A stretch of 32,000 nt of DNA from Opitutales bacterium (GTDB lineage Bacteria > Verrucomicrobiota > Verrucomicrobiia > Opitutales > Coraliomargaritaceae), in contig JBMYVL010000007.1 in NCBI GenBank assembly GCA_049606355.1, forward strand, positions 85,406-117,405. Reading direction: 5' to 3'. The position numbers and the translations under genes are program-made. Shown here piece after piece: positions 1 through 10,973 of this stretch. The notes below the pieces were generated by a model that had not been told where the DNA came from, ran no database searches, and saw only the letters and a program-made list of their open reading frames with translations. Each line of letters begins with the position of its first letter. The first letter of the stretch is position 1.

Positions 1-737
<737 letters not shown>

Positions 738-814
738 TAGAATAAAACTAGAGCTATACCGCAGGTCGTAGTCTATCACAATACAAATCAAATCCTTACA
801 AAGTCCAGAAAACC

Positions 815-2059
815 ATGAGCGATCCTTACATACAGGAACTCTTCGCCGAGCGCATTGGCGGCAAAGAATACGGCAAATCCACTGCGATCTATAAGTTTGA
901 AAAAATCAAACGTGCCAAAAACGCGGCAAAATTAGCAAAGCCGGAAGTAGCACTGATTGACATGGGAGTTGGTGAGCCCGACGAGATGGCCTTCCCTGTC
1001 GTCGTACAATCACTGCAAGACGAAGCCGCTAAACCTGAGAATCGTGGCTATGCCGACAATGGCGGTGAAGACTACAAAAAAGCGGCTGCTCAATATATGG
1101 ATGAGGTCTTCGGAGTGAGCGATCTGAACTGGGAGACTGACATCATTCACTCCATTGGCTCAAAAACGGCGCTCTCCATGTTACCTGCCTGTTTTATCAA
1201 TGCAGGTGATTATGTTCTCATGACAGTACCCGGATACCCGGTACTCGGCACCCACGCGAAATACTATGGTGGTGAAGTGTACAACATGCCACTGGAAGCA
1301 TCGAACCATTTCCTGCCCGACCTGAATGCGATCCCAGACGACGTGGTCGCTAAGGCGAAAATCATGGTCTTGAATTATCCGAACAACCCAACCGGTGCCT
1401 CGGCAACGCTTGAGTTTTTCAAGGAGGCCGTCGCTTTTGCCAAAGCCAACAATCTCATCATCATTCAAGATGCCGCTTATGCCTCACTGATTTTCGATGG
1501 CAAACCAACATCGATCTTCCAGGTAGACGGCGCGAAGGATGTCGCGATCGAACTACACTCGCTATCGAAGAGCTACAACATGACGGGCTGGCGAATTGGA
1601 TTTGTTGTTGGCAATCCACTCATCGTCAAAGCTTACGGCGACATGAAAGACAACTCGGACTCCGGGCAATTTCTGGCGATCCAAAAAGCAGCTGCAACCG
1701 CGCTTGCCAATCCACAGATCACTGAAGCCATTGCCGCGAAATATTCACGGCGTATGGACCTGCTCGTTGACGCGCTCAAGCAGAACGGTTTCTCCGCCAA
1801 GAAGCCACAAGGCAGCTTCTTTCTGTATGTAGCAGCCCCGAAGTCAGCGACCATTGACGGGGCAATCACCGAATTCGAATCCGGAGAGGCCTTCAGCCAG
1901 TGGCTGATTACCAACGAACTGATCAGCACTGTGCCGTGGGATGACTGCGGTAACTTCGTGCGTTTCTCCGTGACTTTCGCCGCGCAAGGCGAAGACGCTG
2001 AAAAGGAAATTGCCGCTGAAATCGGCAGCCGCCTTTCCAAGTATCAGTTTGCGTTCTAA
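815..2059 (+). CDS. Class I/II PLP-dependent aminotransferase, most like LL-diaminopimelate aminotransferase (DapL type)
   Basis: 414 aa. Motifs: GVGEPD, ENRGYADNGG, NYPNNPTG, and SLSKSYNMTGWRIGF with the PLP lysine. The overall pattern resembles DapL-type enzymes as I recall them. Substrate specificity is not provable from sequence alone. Confidence 0.75.
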   Translation: MSDPYIQELFAERIGGKEYGKSTAIYKFEKIKRAKNAAKLAKPEVALIDMGVGEPDEMAFPVVVQSLQDEAAKPENRGYADNGGEDYKKAAAQYMDEVFGVSDLNWETDIIHSIGSKTALSMLPACFINAGDYVLMTVPGYPVLGTHAKYYGGEVYNMPLEASNHFLPDLNAIPDDVVAKAKIMVLNYPNNPTGASATLEFFKEAVAFAKANNLIIIQDAAYASLIFDGKPTSIFQVDGAKDVAIELHSLSKSYNMTGWRIGFVVGNPLIVKAYGDMKDNSDSGQFLAIQKAAATALANPQITEAIAAKYSRRMDLLVDALKQNGFSAKKPQGSFFLYVAAPKSATIDGAITEFESGEAFSQWLITNELISTVPWDDCGNFVRFSVTFAAQGEDAEKEIAAEIGSRLSKYQFAF

Positions 2060-2123
2060 TCCAAGATTGTGCGCTGCAAGGCAGCCACTCAATCATCTCC
2101 TTCATCATACGACCAGACACACC

Positions 2124-2489
2124 ATGAACACTATTGAGATCACAGCACTCTTCGACCAATGGAATGCGGCGCTTCAAACCGGCGAGCCAAAGAACGTTGC
2201 AGCACTCTACGAGACAAACGCAATCCTGCTACCTACCGTATCCAACCAAGTGCGCCACAATCACGCAGAGATCGAAGACTACTTTGTCGCTTTCCTCGCA
2301 AAGGGCCCGAAGGGTACGATTGATGAATCCAACGTCCGCACCTACGGCGACGTCGCAATCAACTCCGGCGTTTACACCTTTGCTTTTGCCGATGGCGCAA
2401 GCGTACAGGCCCGCTTCACCTTCGTTTACCGTTGGAATGGCCAAGATTGGAAGATCGTCGAGCACCACTCTTCCGCAATGCCTGAGTAA
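2124..2489 (+). CDS. NTF2-like fold protein (SgcJ/EcaC / CaMKII-association-domain-like, DUF4440-type)
   Basis: ATG at 2124 gives a 121-aa product, MNTIEITALFDQWNAALQTGEPKNVAALY...RFTFVYRWNGQDWKIVEHHSSAMPE, typical of this small family. The track ORF start at 2010 overlaps the upstream gene and adds a basic, non-homologous extension. Confidence 0.7.
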   Translation: MNTIEITALFDQWNAALQTGEPKNVAALYETNAILLPTVSNQVRHNHAEIEDYFVAFLAKGPKGTIDESNVRTYGDVAINSGVYTFAFADGASVQARFTFVYRWNGQDWKIVEHHSSAMPE

Positions 2490-2522
2490 GCAGCCAGCTC
2501 GCGCTTCCTCTCTGGAATTTGC

Positions 2523-2568
2523 AAAAAAAAAGGCATCGCTGTCTGCAACGGACGGCGATGCCTTTTTG
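2523..2568. terminator. Bidirectional rho-independent terminator between convergent genes
   Basis: AAAAAAAA-AGGCATCGC (2531-2539), a 15-nt loop, then GCGATGCCT (2555-2563) followed by TTTT. A perfect 9-bp stem is flanked by an A-run on one side and a T-run on the other. It sits between the stops at 2489 (+) and 2585 (-). Confidence 0.8.
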
Positions 2569-2584
2569 TTGATAACGCCTGCGG

Positions 2585-2905
2585 TTAACTCAGGTAGGAG
2601 CAACAATAGTCGGCGCCACCTTCTTTTACCTTGAGGGAAAATTTGGAATTGCCCGGGACATTGAAAGACTCCCCTTCCTGATAGGTCGTCCAAGCATCTT
2701 CGCCGGCGAGCTTCACCTCCATTGCACCGCCAAGCAGCTCCATCAGCTCCGGTGCTTCCGTGCCGAACTCGTAGTCGCCGGCTTGCATAAAGCCGAGCGT
2801 CTTCTTGGAGCCGTCTGCAAAAAGCACCGCACGGCTGGTAACTTGACCATCAAAATAGACATTCGCTTTTTTGATGACGGACACGTTTTCAAATGTATGC
2901 GACAT
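2585..2905 (-). CDS. ppnP: Pyrimidine/purine nucleoside phosphorylase (DUF1255/YaiE family)
   Basis: 106 aa: [25 protein letters not shown]...[24 protein letters not shown]...[19 protein letters not shown]. It looks colinear with E. coli PpnP as I recall it (EYTFSTAEPEEMTVISGAL...FNVPGHSEFHLQV). Confidence 0.85.
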   Translation of the reverse strand: MSHTFENVSVIKKANVYFDGQVTSRAVLFADGSKKTLGFMQAGDYEFGTEAPELMELLGGAMEVKLAGEDAWTTYQEGESFNVPGNSKFSLKVKEGGADYCCSYLS

Positions 2906-2949
2906 GCGAGTTGTCTTGGTGGATTCGGCCGCGCTGGCAAGGCCGATTT

Positions 2950-4071
2950 CTATTTTAGTTCAAAGCAGCCATCCGAGCGCTTCACCAATTGCCGCTTCAA
3001 CTCAAGCCCCATGAGTAAGGCAGCCACCGCTGCGGCCGATTTCCCCGATTGCTGAGTCAGCGCATCGAGGCTAAGAATCGCACCACCTGAGAAGCATTGG
3101 AGGAGCGCTGCCTCTTCATTTGATAGTGCGATCGAGTCCTGAGGCGCTCGGCTCTCGTTGGCCACATTCAAGTCCGGAGCCTGTGGTCGATGGTAGCGTA
3201 ACTCCTCCAAAATATCATCCACACAGGTCACCATGATTGCGCCATCGCGCAACAACTGGTGGCAGCCGGCACTACTCGCTTGATCAATACGTCCGGGAAC
3301 AGCCATCAAACTACGACCCTGCTCCCCCGCAAAGCGCGCGGTAATCATACTGCCGCCGGACCGGTCGCTCTCGACGATGAGCACTGCTTCACACATTCCA
3401 GCAACGACTCGATTGCGCATCGGAAAGGTTTGGCGGTCGGCACGGCGACCAAAACAAAACTCACTCACAACCGCCCCTTCCGAGAGTAAGGTCTTATACA
3501 AATCTATATTTTCGGGCGGATAGATAATATCCAAACCGCAGCCCTGGACTGCTACAGTCTTCCCGCCAACAGATAAGGCTCCTTCGTGGGCGGCGGTATC
3601 GGTACCACGCGCCATACCACTCACCACACAAAATCCCAGCTTCGCCAATTCAGCGGCAAAGCGCTTGGCAACACTCAATCCATAAAGGGTTGCTTTACGC
3701 GTCCCCACAATTGCCACACAAGGTCGATCGAGAGTGTAGTTGCCCTGCCAATACAAGCCGATCGGAGGATCGTAGGTCTCTCGAAGCAGTTGTGGGTAAT
3801 CCGCGCAGTCCATGCTTATAAATCGTGTGGCCGTCGTCTCCAATAAGCCTTCTTCACGCGCTAAATTAAAATGCGACGACCACTGGTTGAGCGTCGCTGC
3901 AATCATCTTCCCCACTCCGTGAACAGCCGTTAGTTCACTAGGGTTCGCTGCTAAAAGTGCAACTGGATCGCCCTCGAAGTGCTCCAAGAGGCGTTTGAGT
4001 AAAACTGGGCCAACATGCGGCAGGGCATTGAGAATAAGTCGTGCTTGGTAAGGCGTTAAGCTTGCTGGCAT
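2950..4071 (-). CDS. dprA: DNA-processing protein DprA (Smf), RecA loader for incoming ssDNA
   Basis: 373 aa. Rossmann-like DprA core motifs [29 protein letters not shown] and [10 protein letters not shown], plus a C-terminal winged-helix-like tail. Confidence 0.9.
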   Translation of the reverse strand: MPASLTPYQARLILNALPHVGPVLLKRLLEHFEGDPVALLAANPSELTAVHGVGKMIAATLNQWSSHFNLAREEGLLETTATRFISMDCADYPQLLRETYDPPIGLYWQGNYTLDRPCVAIVGTRKATLYGLSVAKRFAAELAKLGFCVVSGMARGTDTAAHEGALSVGGKTVAVQGCGLDIIYPPENIDLYKTLLSEGAVVSEFCFGRRADRQTFPMRNRVVAGMCEAVLIVESDRSGGSMITARFAGEQGRSLMAVPGRIDQASSAGCHQLLRDGAIMVTCVDDILEELRYHRPQAPDLNVANESRAPQDSIALSNEEAALLQCFSGGAILSLDALTQQSGKSAAAVAALLMGLELKRQLVKRSDGCFELK

Positions 4072-4098
4072 TACAAGCCCTAGTCATAAGCACTTTCC

Positions 4099-5697
4099 TC
4101 AAGATTCACCACGTAAAACAGTCGATAAAAAATCCAGGAGTTGCGTGGTCCGCACGGCAACTTGCCCCTGCGTGCGCGCTAAACATTCGGCAGCGAGTCC
4201 GTGCAACACCACTGCACGAGCGACCGACTCCCGAGCGCAGGTATTTCCCTGCGCGAGCATGCCTCCAATCAAGCCCGCCAACAGATCCCCACTGCCGCCT
4301 CGTGACAGGACTGGCCCTCCAAAACTATTATAGAGCACCGTCTCACCATCGCAAATGCGAGTCAGCGGACCCTTGAGTACAGTTAGCACACGATAACTCC
4401 GACTGAAATCGAGCAATGTCGAAACCGAGTCATCCGCCGCGGCTAATTTGGCGATACGCATGTATTCACCCATATGTGGCGTAAGTATAACCGGGCCGAA
4501 CTGCGCACTGCGTTTCAGCATCCCGGCAAGCACACGCTGGCGCAGAGCATCGGCATCGCACACTACAGGCAAGTCAACGCGCTGGATGATTTCTTGAGCG
4601 ATTCTCTCACTATATCGATCGCGTCCCATACCTGGCCCGATCAAGAGTGCGGTCGCCTTACCGAGACGCTCTATCAACAGCGGCATCGCCCGAGGGTCCA
4701 ATGTACCATTGGATGTTTCAGGCCAAGGAACCCACATCGCCTCTGGCACCTGTGCCGCAAGGCTGGACGCAAGCGAAGCGGGTGCAAAAGCGGTGACCAA
4801 ACCGACTCCCGAGCGAACCGCCGACTGGACGGCCATCAATAAAGCTCCCGGCATAAACGCAGAGCCACCAACGATAAACAGATGCCCGAAGGAACGCTTA
4901 TCCACATGGGCTCCACGCAACTCACGCAGCGGAGTTAACACTTGTTCGCTCAGAAGAAATTCATTCGTTTCGGCCCTTGTCTCCTCAGCGAAAAAACCGA
5001 GGTCGATAAGCCGCACTCGCCCCAGCTCGGGCAGGCCCGACCGGTGCAAGGTTTTTGGAACTCCTGTGGCGTAGCTAAAGTCCGCGCGGAACGCGATACC
5101 TTCGCAATTGCCCGTGAGCCCACTGGGGAGATCAACCGCGGCGCGCAGGGCAATTTTCGGGTATCGATTGATCGCTTCAATCAATCCGCAGATTGGCTGG
5201 CGGAGCGGGGGCTGAAAGGCGAGCCCCAGCAACCCATCCAAACAGATGTCATATCCGTGTTGCTCGGATCCCTCCTCTAACAATGAATGCAGGTCGGTCT
5301 GACCACTTTCCGCGGCAACCCGATGCACGAGCACTCGCCCTTCGAGTTCGGCATAGGCGCGCTGCGTGAGGGGTCTCATTTCGGCAGGCTCACAAGCGAT
5401 TAAAAGCGTGACCTTGGCTCTGGGGAACTCAGCCAGCAGATGGCCGCAGCAAAGCAAGGCATCACCCCCATTGTGCCCTTTCCCCACCAGAGCGAGTACC
5501 CGCAGATGTTCTGGGACTGGACGCAGCTCGGCGTAGTCTCGAACCACTTGCTGGGCAATGCCACGACCCGCAGCTTGCATTGCGGCCCATTCCGCACTCG
5601 GCTCGGTCAACAACCTGCGCTCTAGCGCTTTAGCCTGCTCGCAACTCAGCAGCGGATACGAAAAAGTGTGTGCATTCATTCGCGAAGAAACCTCCAT
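4099..5697 (-). CDS. nnr: Bifunctional NAD(P)H-hydrate repair enzyme (epimerase + ADP-dependent dehydratase)
   Basis: 532 aa. N-terminal YjeF_N motif [11 protein letters not shown]-terminal carbohydrate-kinase-like motif [18 protein letters not shown]. An alternative ATG at 5679 (MNAHTF...) lies 11 nt downstream of a GGAGG, so the true start is 5697 or 5679. Confidence 0.85.
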   Translation of the reverse strand: MEVSSRMNAHTFSYPLLSCEQAKALERRLLTEPSAEWAAMQAAGRGIAQQVVRDYAELRPVPEHLRVLALVGKGHNGGDALLCCGHLLAEFPRAKVTLLIACEPAEMRPLTQRAYAELEGRVLVHRVAAESGQTDLHSLLEEGSEQHGYDICLDGLLGLAFQPPLRQPICGLIEAINRYPKIALRAAVDLPSGLTGNCEGIAFRADFSYATGVPKTLHRSGLPELGRVRLIDLGFFAEETRAETNEFLLSEQVLTPLRELRGAHVDKRSFGHLFIVGGSAFMPGALLMAVQSAVRSGVGLVTAFAPASLASSLAAQVPEAMWVPWPETSNGTLDPRAMPLLIERLGKATALLIGPGMGRDRYSERIAQEIIQRVDLPVVCDADALRQRVLAGMLKRSAQFGPVILTPHMGEYMRIAKLAAADDSVSTLLDFSRSYRVLTVLKGPLTRICDGETVLYNSFGGPVLSRGGSGDLLAGLIGGMLAQGNTCARESVARAVVLHGLAAECLARTQGQVAVRTTQLLDFLSTVLRGES

Positions 5698-5852
5698 TAA
5701 AGCTAAACGAGTTCAACTACAGTCAACTCTGCCAGTATAGTCCCGCAAAAGAAAGGATTAAGCTGGCAAGGCAACTGCATCGAAACCCTTCTAATTTACC
5801 GCTGCGTATAAAATGTTTTGCGTCGAAGGCGGCCCCTCACTTTAACGGTCCC

Positions 5853-6197
5853 ATGTCCTATCAATTATCCGGAACGGTTAAAGAAATTTTCGAAGAGCAA
5901 ACCTTTGCCAGTGGCTTTAACAAGCGTGCCTTCGTCGTTACTACGGAAGCTGAAAAGTTTCCTCAAGACGTGCAGTTTGAGTGCCTGAAAGACAAAGTTG
6001 AACTGGTTCGCCAGCTCAACAAAGGCGACAAGGTAACCGTCAGCTTCGACATCAATGGTCGCGAATGGAATGGGAAGTACTTCGTCAACCTGGCAGCGTG
6101 GAAGATCGAGAGCGCAGCCGGCGCAGCCGCCAGCTCCGATGAGCCGCCTCCCTTCGACCCAGCAGACGAAATACTGGACGAAGAACCGCCGTTTTAG
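5853..6197 (+). CDS. DUF3127 domain protein (small OB-like fold family) with an acidic ...PPF C-terminal tail
   Basis: ATG at 5853 gives 114 aa: [86 protein letters not shown]... This matches the DUF3127 pattern as I recall it. The track start at 5670 adds 61 non-homologous residues across the divergent promoter region. Confidence 0.7.
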   Translation: MSYQLSGTVKEIFEEQTFASGFNKRAFVVTTEAEKFPQDVQFECLKDKVELVRQLNKGDKVTVSFDINGREWNGKYFVNLAAWKIESAAGAAASSDEPPPFDPADEILDEEPPF

Positions 6198-6204
6198 TCC
6201 TCCG

Positions 6205-6220
6205 CAATCGCCAGCGATTG
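6205..6220. terminator. Possible short hairpin between convergent genes (weak)
   Basis: CAATCGC (6205-6211) and GCGATTG (6214-6220) are inverted repeats between the stops at 6197 (+) and 6234 (-). The nominal loop is only 2 nt and there is no U-tract, so this is at best a weak or non-canonical terminator. Confidence 0.25.
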
Positions 6221-6233
6221 TCGCAAAGCGGAC

Positions 6234-7172
6234 CTACTCGCGCAAGCGTCCACTCGACTGCTCCTCGAGGAAAGACTGGTAAGCCATCGCGACACCCTGC
6301 TCGATTGGAATCTTAGGCGCCCAGCCCGTTTCCTTGATCCGCGAGATATCGGTCAATTTGCGCGGCGTCCCATCCGGTTTACTGGTATCAAAAGTGATCG
6401 CCCCCTCGTAACCGACCGCATCACTTACTAGCTGCGCCAAATCACCAATGGAAATATCTGTCCCGCAGCCGAGATTGACCCAATCGGGTGGATTTTCCAG
6501 ACGGAGTAAATGGAGGATGCCAGCCGCCGCATCATCGGCATGCAGAAACTCTCGCAACGGTGTACCGGTTCCCCAAATCGCAACTTCCGGCACTTGATTG
6601 AGCTTTGCTTCATGGAAACGACGAATCAAAGCAGGCAATACGTGTGAATTCTGTGGATGGTAATTATCACCGGGGCCATAGAGATTGGTCGGCATCGCAG
6701 AATGATAACACACTCCATACTGCTGACGATAATACTGGCAAAGTTTGAGCCCGGCGATTTTGGCGATGGCATACGCCTCGTTGGTCGGTTCAAGGGCACT
6801 GGTAAGTAAGGACTCCTCCTTGATTGGCTGCTCAGCAAACTTGGGGTAGATACAAGTACTCCCTAAAAACATCAAACGCTTCACCCCGGCTCGGTAAGCA
6901 CCTTCGATTGCATTGGCAGCAATCATCATGTTCTGATAAATAAAATCTGCCGGGTAGGTACTATTTGCATGAATTCCACCGACTTTGGCGGCGGCAATGA
7001 CCACATTATCGGGACGTTGCTCCGCTAGGTAAGCATGCGTTTGCGCCTGATCCATCAAATTCAGATCTCGACTGGTCGGCTGCAGGATCTCACCAAAGCC
7101 AGACTCTTTCGCTGCCCGCACCAGTGCGGAACCGACCATGCCGCTGGCTCCTAAAACTAGAAGTTTCTTCAT
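6234..7172 (-). CDS. fcl: GDP-L-fucose synthase (GDP-4-keto-6-deoxy-D-mannose 3,5-epimerase/4-reductase)
   Basis: 312 aa. It looks near-colinear with E. coli Fcl as I recall it: [84 protein letters not shown]. Confidence 0.95.
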   Translation of the reverse strand: MKKLLVLGASGMVGSALVRAAKESGFGEILQPTSRDLNLMDQAQTHAYLAEQRPDNVVIAAAKVGGIHANSTYPADFIYQNMMIAANAIEGAYRAGVKRLMFLGSTCIYPKFAEQPIKEESLLTSALEPTNEAYAIAKIAGLKLCQYYRQQYGVCYHSAMPTNLYGPGDNYHPQNSHVLPALIRRFHEAKLNQVPEVAIWGTGTPLREFLHADDAAAGILHLLRLENPPDWVNLGCGTDISIGDLAQLVSDAVGYEGAITFDTSKPDGTPRKLTDISRIKETGWAPKIPIEQGVAMAYQSFLEEQSSGRLRE

Positions 7173-7193
7173 CGTGCGTAAAAACTCCAGGAA

Positions 7194-8318
7194 TCAGGAC
7201 TCGATTGCAACAGAGACGTCATAACCATGCGACTTGAGCAGCGCATGACGCTTTGCGATGTCCAGGTCGTTCGCCACCATCTCGGCACACATCTCCTCAA
7301 CAGTAATCTCCGGCTCCCAACCGAGCTTCTGCTTCGCCTTAGAGGGATCGCCAAGCAAGGTCTCAACTTCTGCCGGTCGGAAGTAACGCGGATCCACTCT
7401 GACGATTACGTCACCAACGCTGACCGATGGAGCCTTCGCTGGATCCACCGAAGTAACCGTCGCAATTTCATCCACTCCAGTACCAGAAAACTCAAGCTCT
7501 ATGCCCGCTTCGCGGGCCGACATTGTCACAAACTCACGCACCGAAATCTGCTTGCCGGTAGCAATGACAAAGTCCTCAGCGGCTTCTTGCTGCAACATCA
7601 TCCACTGCATGCGCACATAATCTTTCGCATGACCCCAGTCACGCAAGGCATCCATGTTGCCCAAATAGAGGCAGGGTTCGAGACCTTGAGCGATGTTCGC
7701 AAGCCCGCGGGTGATCTTACGGGTCACAAAAGTCTCTCCACGACGCGGCGACTCGTGATTGAAAAGAATGCCGTTGCAGGCATAGATACCATAGGACTCA
7801 CGATAATTAACCGTGATCCAATAGGCATACATCTTGGCCGCCGCATACGGGGAGCGGGGATAAAACGGCGTGGTCTCACGTTGAGGGATTTCTTGCACTT
7901 CACCGTACAGTTCGGAGGTGGATGCTTGATAAAATTTCGTCTTCTTTTCCAGACCTAGAAAACGAATGGCTTCCAGTAAGCGCAGCGTTCCGATCGCATC
8001 AACATCTGCAGTGTACTCAGGAGACTCAAACGACACAGCCACATGCGACTGCGCGCCCAAATTATAGATTTCATCCGGTTGGACCTCACTAATGATACGC
8101 GTCAGGTTCGAGGTATCAGTCAGATCACCATAATGGAGGTGGAACCGGGCGTTCTCAATATGTGGATCCTGATAAATGTGATCCACCCGTTGCGTATTTA
8201 ATGAAGATGCCCGGCGCTTTATACCGTGCACCTCATATCCTTTTTCTAACAAAAATTCTGCGAGATAAGATCCATCTTGTCCGGTCACTCCCGTGATCAG
8301 TGCTTTTTTCATAGTCAT
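7194..8318 (-). CDS. gmd: GDP-mannose 4,6-dehydratase
   Basis: 374 aa. Motifs: [87 protein letters not shown]. It lies 21 nt upstream of fcl on the same strand, a likely gmd-fcl operon. The start could be 8318 or the ATG at 8312. Confidence 0.95.
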   Translation of the reverse strand: MTMKKALITGVTGQDGSYLAEFLLEKGYEVHGIKRRASSLNTQRVDHIYQDPHIENARFHLHYGDLTDTSNLTRIISEVQPDEIYNLGAQSHVAVSFESPEYTADVDAIGTLRLLEAIRFLGLEKKTKFYQASTSELYGEVQEIPQRETTPFYPRSPYAAAKMYAYWITVNYRESYGIYACNGILFNHESPRRGETFVTRKITRGLANIAQGLEPCLYLGNMDALRDWGHAKDYVRMQWMMLQQEAAEDFVIATGKQISVREFVTMSAREAGIELEFSGTGVDEIATVTSVDPAKAPSVSVGDVIVRVDPRYFRPAEVETLLGDPSKAKQKLGWEPEITVEEMCAEMVANDLDIAKRHALLKSHGYDVSVAIES

Positions 8319-8391
8319 TTAGATTGGTAGATTGAGTAGCAGAAGAGCCACTTGCACCCGTTGTTCGAAGTTCAGTAAAGCTATCAGAGGA

Positions 8392-8610
8392 TCATCTCGC
8401 CGGTAGGCACAGCCAAAGTAAAGCGAGCGTACCCAGTATTGAAAAGAGCACTGGCCACAGGAAGCACCACAACCGCTGAATGCGTTCAAGTCGTGCGCTG
8501 CGACGCAACCATGCGCACTCGTCAGCTCTCGGGTCGGTGCTCAAACGCGCCTTGCTGCGTCGTCCAGTTCCAAAGCGTGGCCGTGATTCATGCTGTACAT
8601 TCAAATTCAT
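8392..8610 (-). CDS. Hypothetical small tail-anchored membrane protein (speculative)
   Basis: 72-aa ATG-initiated ORF in the long gmd/hemH intergenic region. The N-terminal half is very basic and is followed by one clear hydrophobic helix, LWCFLWPVLFSILGTLALLWLCL. I recognise no homology and saw no clear RBS. It could be a chance ORF. Confidence 0.3.
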   Translation of the reverse strand: MNLNVQHESRPRFGTGRRSKARLSTDPRADECAWLRRSARLERIQRLWCFLWPVLFSILGTLALLWLCLPAR

Positions 8611-8956
8611 TTTTTAAAAGAGGCGCCGTAGCCGCCGATCGATTCACGGCACAACCAGCGAAGGGCACTACCCTTGCCAGTTGAGCCGCAGTGCTGCGAA
8701 TACTCATGAATCATCAGCGAGTGGAAAAGATAACGGGTCGCGCCTATCTTTCAGTTTCTACCTTATGGGCAGTAAGGCTTAAACCCTGTAGTCCAATCTA
8801 CATTGAGACTTACCTATTTTTAACAATGACGCCGTATCGGCTGGCGCGCAGCTGGATTTGCTGCCTCGATTTGCGGATCACCTCCATTCATGTAGGCGCA
8901 CATAACCCTAGCTTAAATTTGACAAGCGCTCTGCTCTGCAGCTTCTATACTACCCT

Positions 8957-10024
8957 ATGTCTCAAAAAGGTGTCCTATTGCTCAATCTCGGCTCCCCAGA
9001 CTCCACGCAAGTCAGTGATGTGCGTCGTTATCTAGGGGAATTTCTCATGGATGAGCGCGTCATCGATGTCGCTAAACCCATTCGCTGGTTTCTGGTCAAT
9101 TGCTTGATCTTACCGCGGCGCCCGAAGGAGTCTGCCGAAGCCTACGCAAGTATTTGGACGGACGAAGGCTCACCGCTGATTCTAACTTCGCGGGAGCAGC
9201 AGGCAGCACTGGCAGCTGCAATCGACATTCCGGTGAGCCTCGGGATGCGTTATGGGAATCCCAGCACGGAAGCAGCCCTACGCGAGTTGCTGGATCAAAA
9301 CGTGGATGATCTGTTCATTGTGCCCATGTACCCGCACTATGCGATGTCCAGTTACGAAACCGCTGTCGTGCACCTCATGAAGTCAGTTCGCAAGCTGGCT
9401 CCCGACATGCGCACCACGCTCATGCCACCCTTTTATCAAGAGCCCGGATATATCGACGCCTTGGTCGAATCGGCACGCCCGTCACTGGAATCCGAAGCTT
9501 TCGACAAATTAATTTTCTCTTTTCATGGCATTCCCCAGCGTCACCTCGTGAAAGGCGACCCTTCACACGAGCATTGCATGACGACCCCCGACTGCTGTAA
9601 CACCTGCCATCCGGCGCATGCCACCTGCTACCGCCATCAATGTGTCATGACAGTAGAGAAATTTGTCGCGGCCCTGAATTTGCCGAAAGATAAATACATG
9701 GTCACCTTTCAATCCCGACTCGGTCGCGAACCATGGCTACAGCCTTACACCGACCAGACACTCGAAGCACTTCCAGAGCAAGGCATCAAGAAGGTTAAAA
9801 TCATGTGCCCGGCATTCACCGCCGACTGTTTGGAAACCTTGGAAGAAATTGCCGGCGAGGGTAAAGAAATCTTCATGGAAGCAGGCGGCGAGTCGTATGA
9901 ACAAATCCCCTGCCTCAATGCACAGCCCAAATTCATTGAATATTTAGCTGATTGTGTGCGCGACTGGCAAAACGGAGCCTATCAAACCGCTCGGGCCACG
10001 GAGCCGGCGTACGTAGCTCAATAA
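8957..10024 (+). CDS. hemH: Ferrochelatase, with a Cys-rich internal insertion
   Basis: 355 aa. Motifs: [12 protein letters not shown]...[65 protein letters not shown]. Confidence 0.95.
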   Translation: MSQKGVLLLNLGSPDSTQVSDVRRYLGEFLMDERVIDVAKPIRWFLVNCLILPRRPKESAEAYASIWTDEGSPLILTSREQQAALAAAIDIPVSLGMRYGNPSTEAALRELLDQNVDDLFIVPMYPHYAMSSYETAVVHLMKSVRKLAPDMRTTLMPPFYQEPGYIDALVESARPSLESEAFDKLIFSFHGIPQRHLVKGDPSHEHCMTTPDCCNTCHPAHATCYRHQCVMTVEKFVAALNLPKDKYMVTFQSRLGREPWLQPYTDQTLEALPEQGIKKVKIMCPAFTADCLETLEEIAGEGKEIFMEAGGESYEQIPCLNAQPKFIEYLADCVRDWQNGAYQTARATEPAYVAQ

Positions 10025-10118
10025 ATCCACAGACGATTCAACGGTGATCGCTGCATCAATAACGGGGCGCCTTTATAAAACCTGCGCCGTATTATATCCC
10101 ACAACAGAAAGCTGACTT

Positions 10119-10973
10119 ATGTTTGAGGGAATTGCCTTAACGGATCGCGGTGCGCTCGCAGTCGGTGCCTGTATTTACCTGAGCGCTTTTTTGTTTGGCT
10201 TGATAAGCCTGCAATTACGGAAGCATTACTCGCGTACGATTGTCTTAGGGCTGATTGCTGGCGGCTTTGCCCTGCAAACGGTTGGACTCAATCTACGTGG
10301 CATCAACGTCGGCGGATGCCCACTGGGGAATTCCTTCGAGCTCACCCAATTCATCGGTTGGTCCGTTGTCTTACTGTATTTAATCATTGGTCCAATCTTC
10401 CGCCTGCGCCTGCTTGGGTTCTTCTGTGCCGGACTGGCGACGCTCCTCTCTGCAGTATCGCTTATGATCCCGTCATGGGATCAGGCCTACCCAATCAATC
10501 CCGCAGGTGGCAACCCATGGGTCGAGCTCCATGCGGCTCTGGCTATCTTTAGTTACGGATTCTTTGCCATGGTTGCCTTGGTTTCGATTATGTTCCTGAT
10601 CCAACAACACGGACTCAAGAAGAAGCAAACGGGCAGCATCTATCACTATTTACCATCGATCCAACAACTCGATCAGATGGGCTACCGACTGATTCTCGCC
10701 GGTGTCCTCTGCCTGACTGCCGCACTCGCTTTCGGCGCAGTGTTTTATGCAGGAAACAAGGAGTTGGTACCCGTCTTCAAGCTCACGGTCACCTGCCTGG
10801 TTTGGATCGGCTACAGCAGCGTCGCGATTCTTCGGCAGCAGCGTAAACTGGTGACACGTCGTCATGCGCTCAGCGCGATCGCTCTCTTTGCCTTCGCCCT
10901 GCTGTCACTCTGGCCGATTCAATCGGCAAGCTCGCAACAGGATGCCCCCACGACTGCTCCCCGACAAGAATGA
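10119..10973 (+). CDS. CcsA-like 'cytochrome c assembly family' integral membrane protein, HemX-type (adjacent to hemA)
   Basis: 284 aa with about 8 hydrophobic helices. The position directly upstream of hemA recalls the hemA-adjacent B. subtilis hemX (which lies downstream of hemA in the hemAXCDBL operon). I could not find a Trp-rich WWD heme-handling motif. Its TGA stop overlaps the hemA ATG (ATGA at 10970-10973). Confidence 0.65.
   Translation: MFEGIALTDRGALAVGACIYLSAFLFGLISLQLRKHYSRTIVLGLIAGGFALQTVGLNLRGINVGGCPLGNSFELTQFIGWSVVLLYLIIGPIFRLRLLGFFCAGLATLLSAVSLMIPSWDQAYPINPAGGNPWVELHAALAIFSYGFFAMVALVSIMFLIQQHGLKKKQTGSIYHYLPSIQQLDQMGYRLILAGVLCLTAALAFGAVFYAGNKELVPVFKLTVTCLVWIGYSSVAILRQQRKLVTRRHALSAIALFAFALLSLWPIQSASSQQDAPTTAPRQE

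Noticed and set aside
2010-2123. Long N-terminal extensions offered by the ORF track: 2010 for the NTF2-like gene, 5670 for DUF3127, 16841 for hisH, 13919 for the membrane protein and 31059 for the PilP-like gene.
   Set aside because: The extensions overlap neighbouring genes or promoter regions, use non-ATG starts or add basic low-complexity sequence. Family-typical N-termini begin at the internal ATGs used in the feature table.
7227-7958. A 243-aa plus-strand ORF antisense to gmd.
   Set aside because: It lies entirely within the near-perfectly conserved GDP-mannose dehydratase gene. Its product is Arg/Leu-rich with no motifs. This is a typical shadow ORF.
8620-8746. Possible known riboswitch (cobalamin, TPP, SAM and others) upstream of hemH.
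   Set aside because: I could not find a B12 box or any of the conserved cores of riboswitch classes I know. Only generic short stems are present. It is kept as a low-confidence 'structured leader?' note inside a finding, not as a called RNA feature.
8691-9035. A 114-aa plus-strand ORF overlapping the hemH start.
   Set aside because: It starts at a non-ATG codon, runs in a different frame into the conserved hemH N-terminus, and has no recognisable features.
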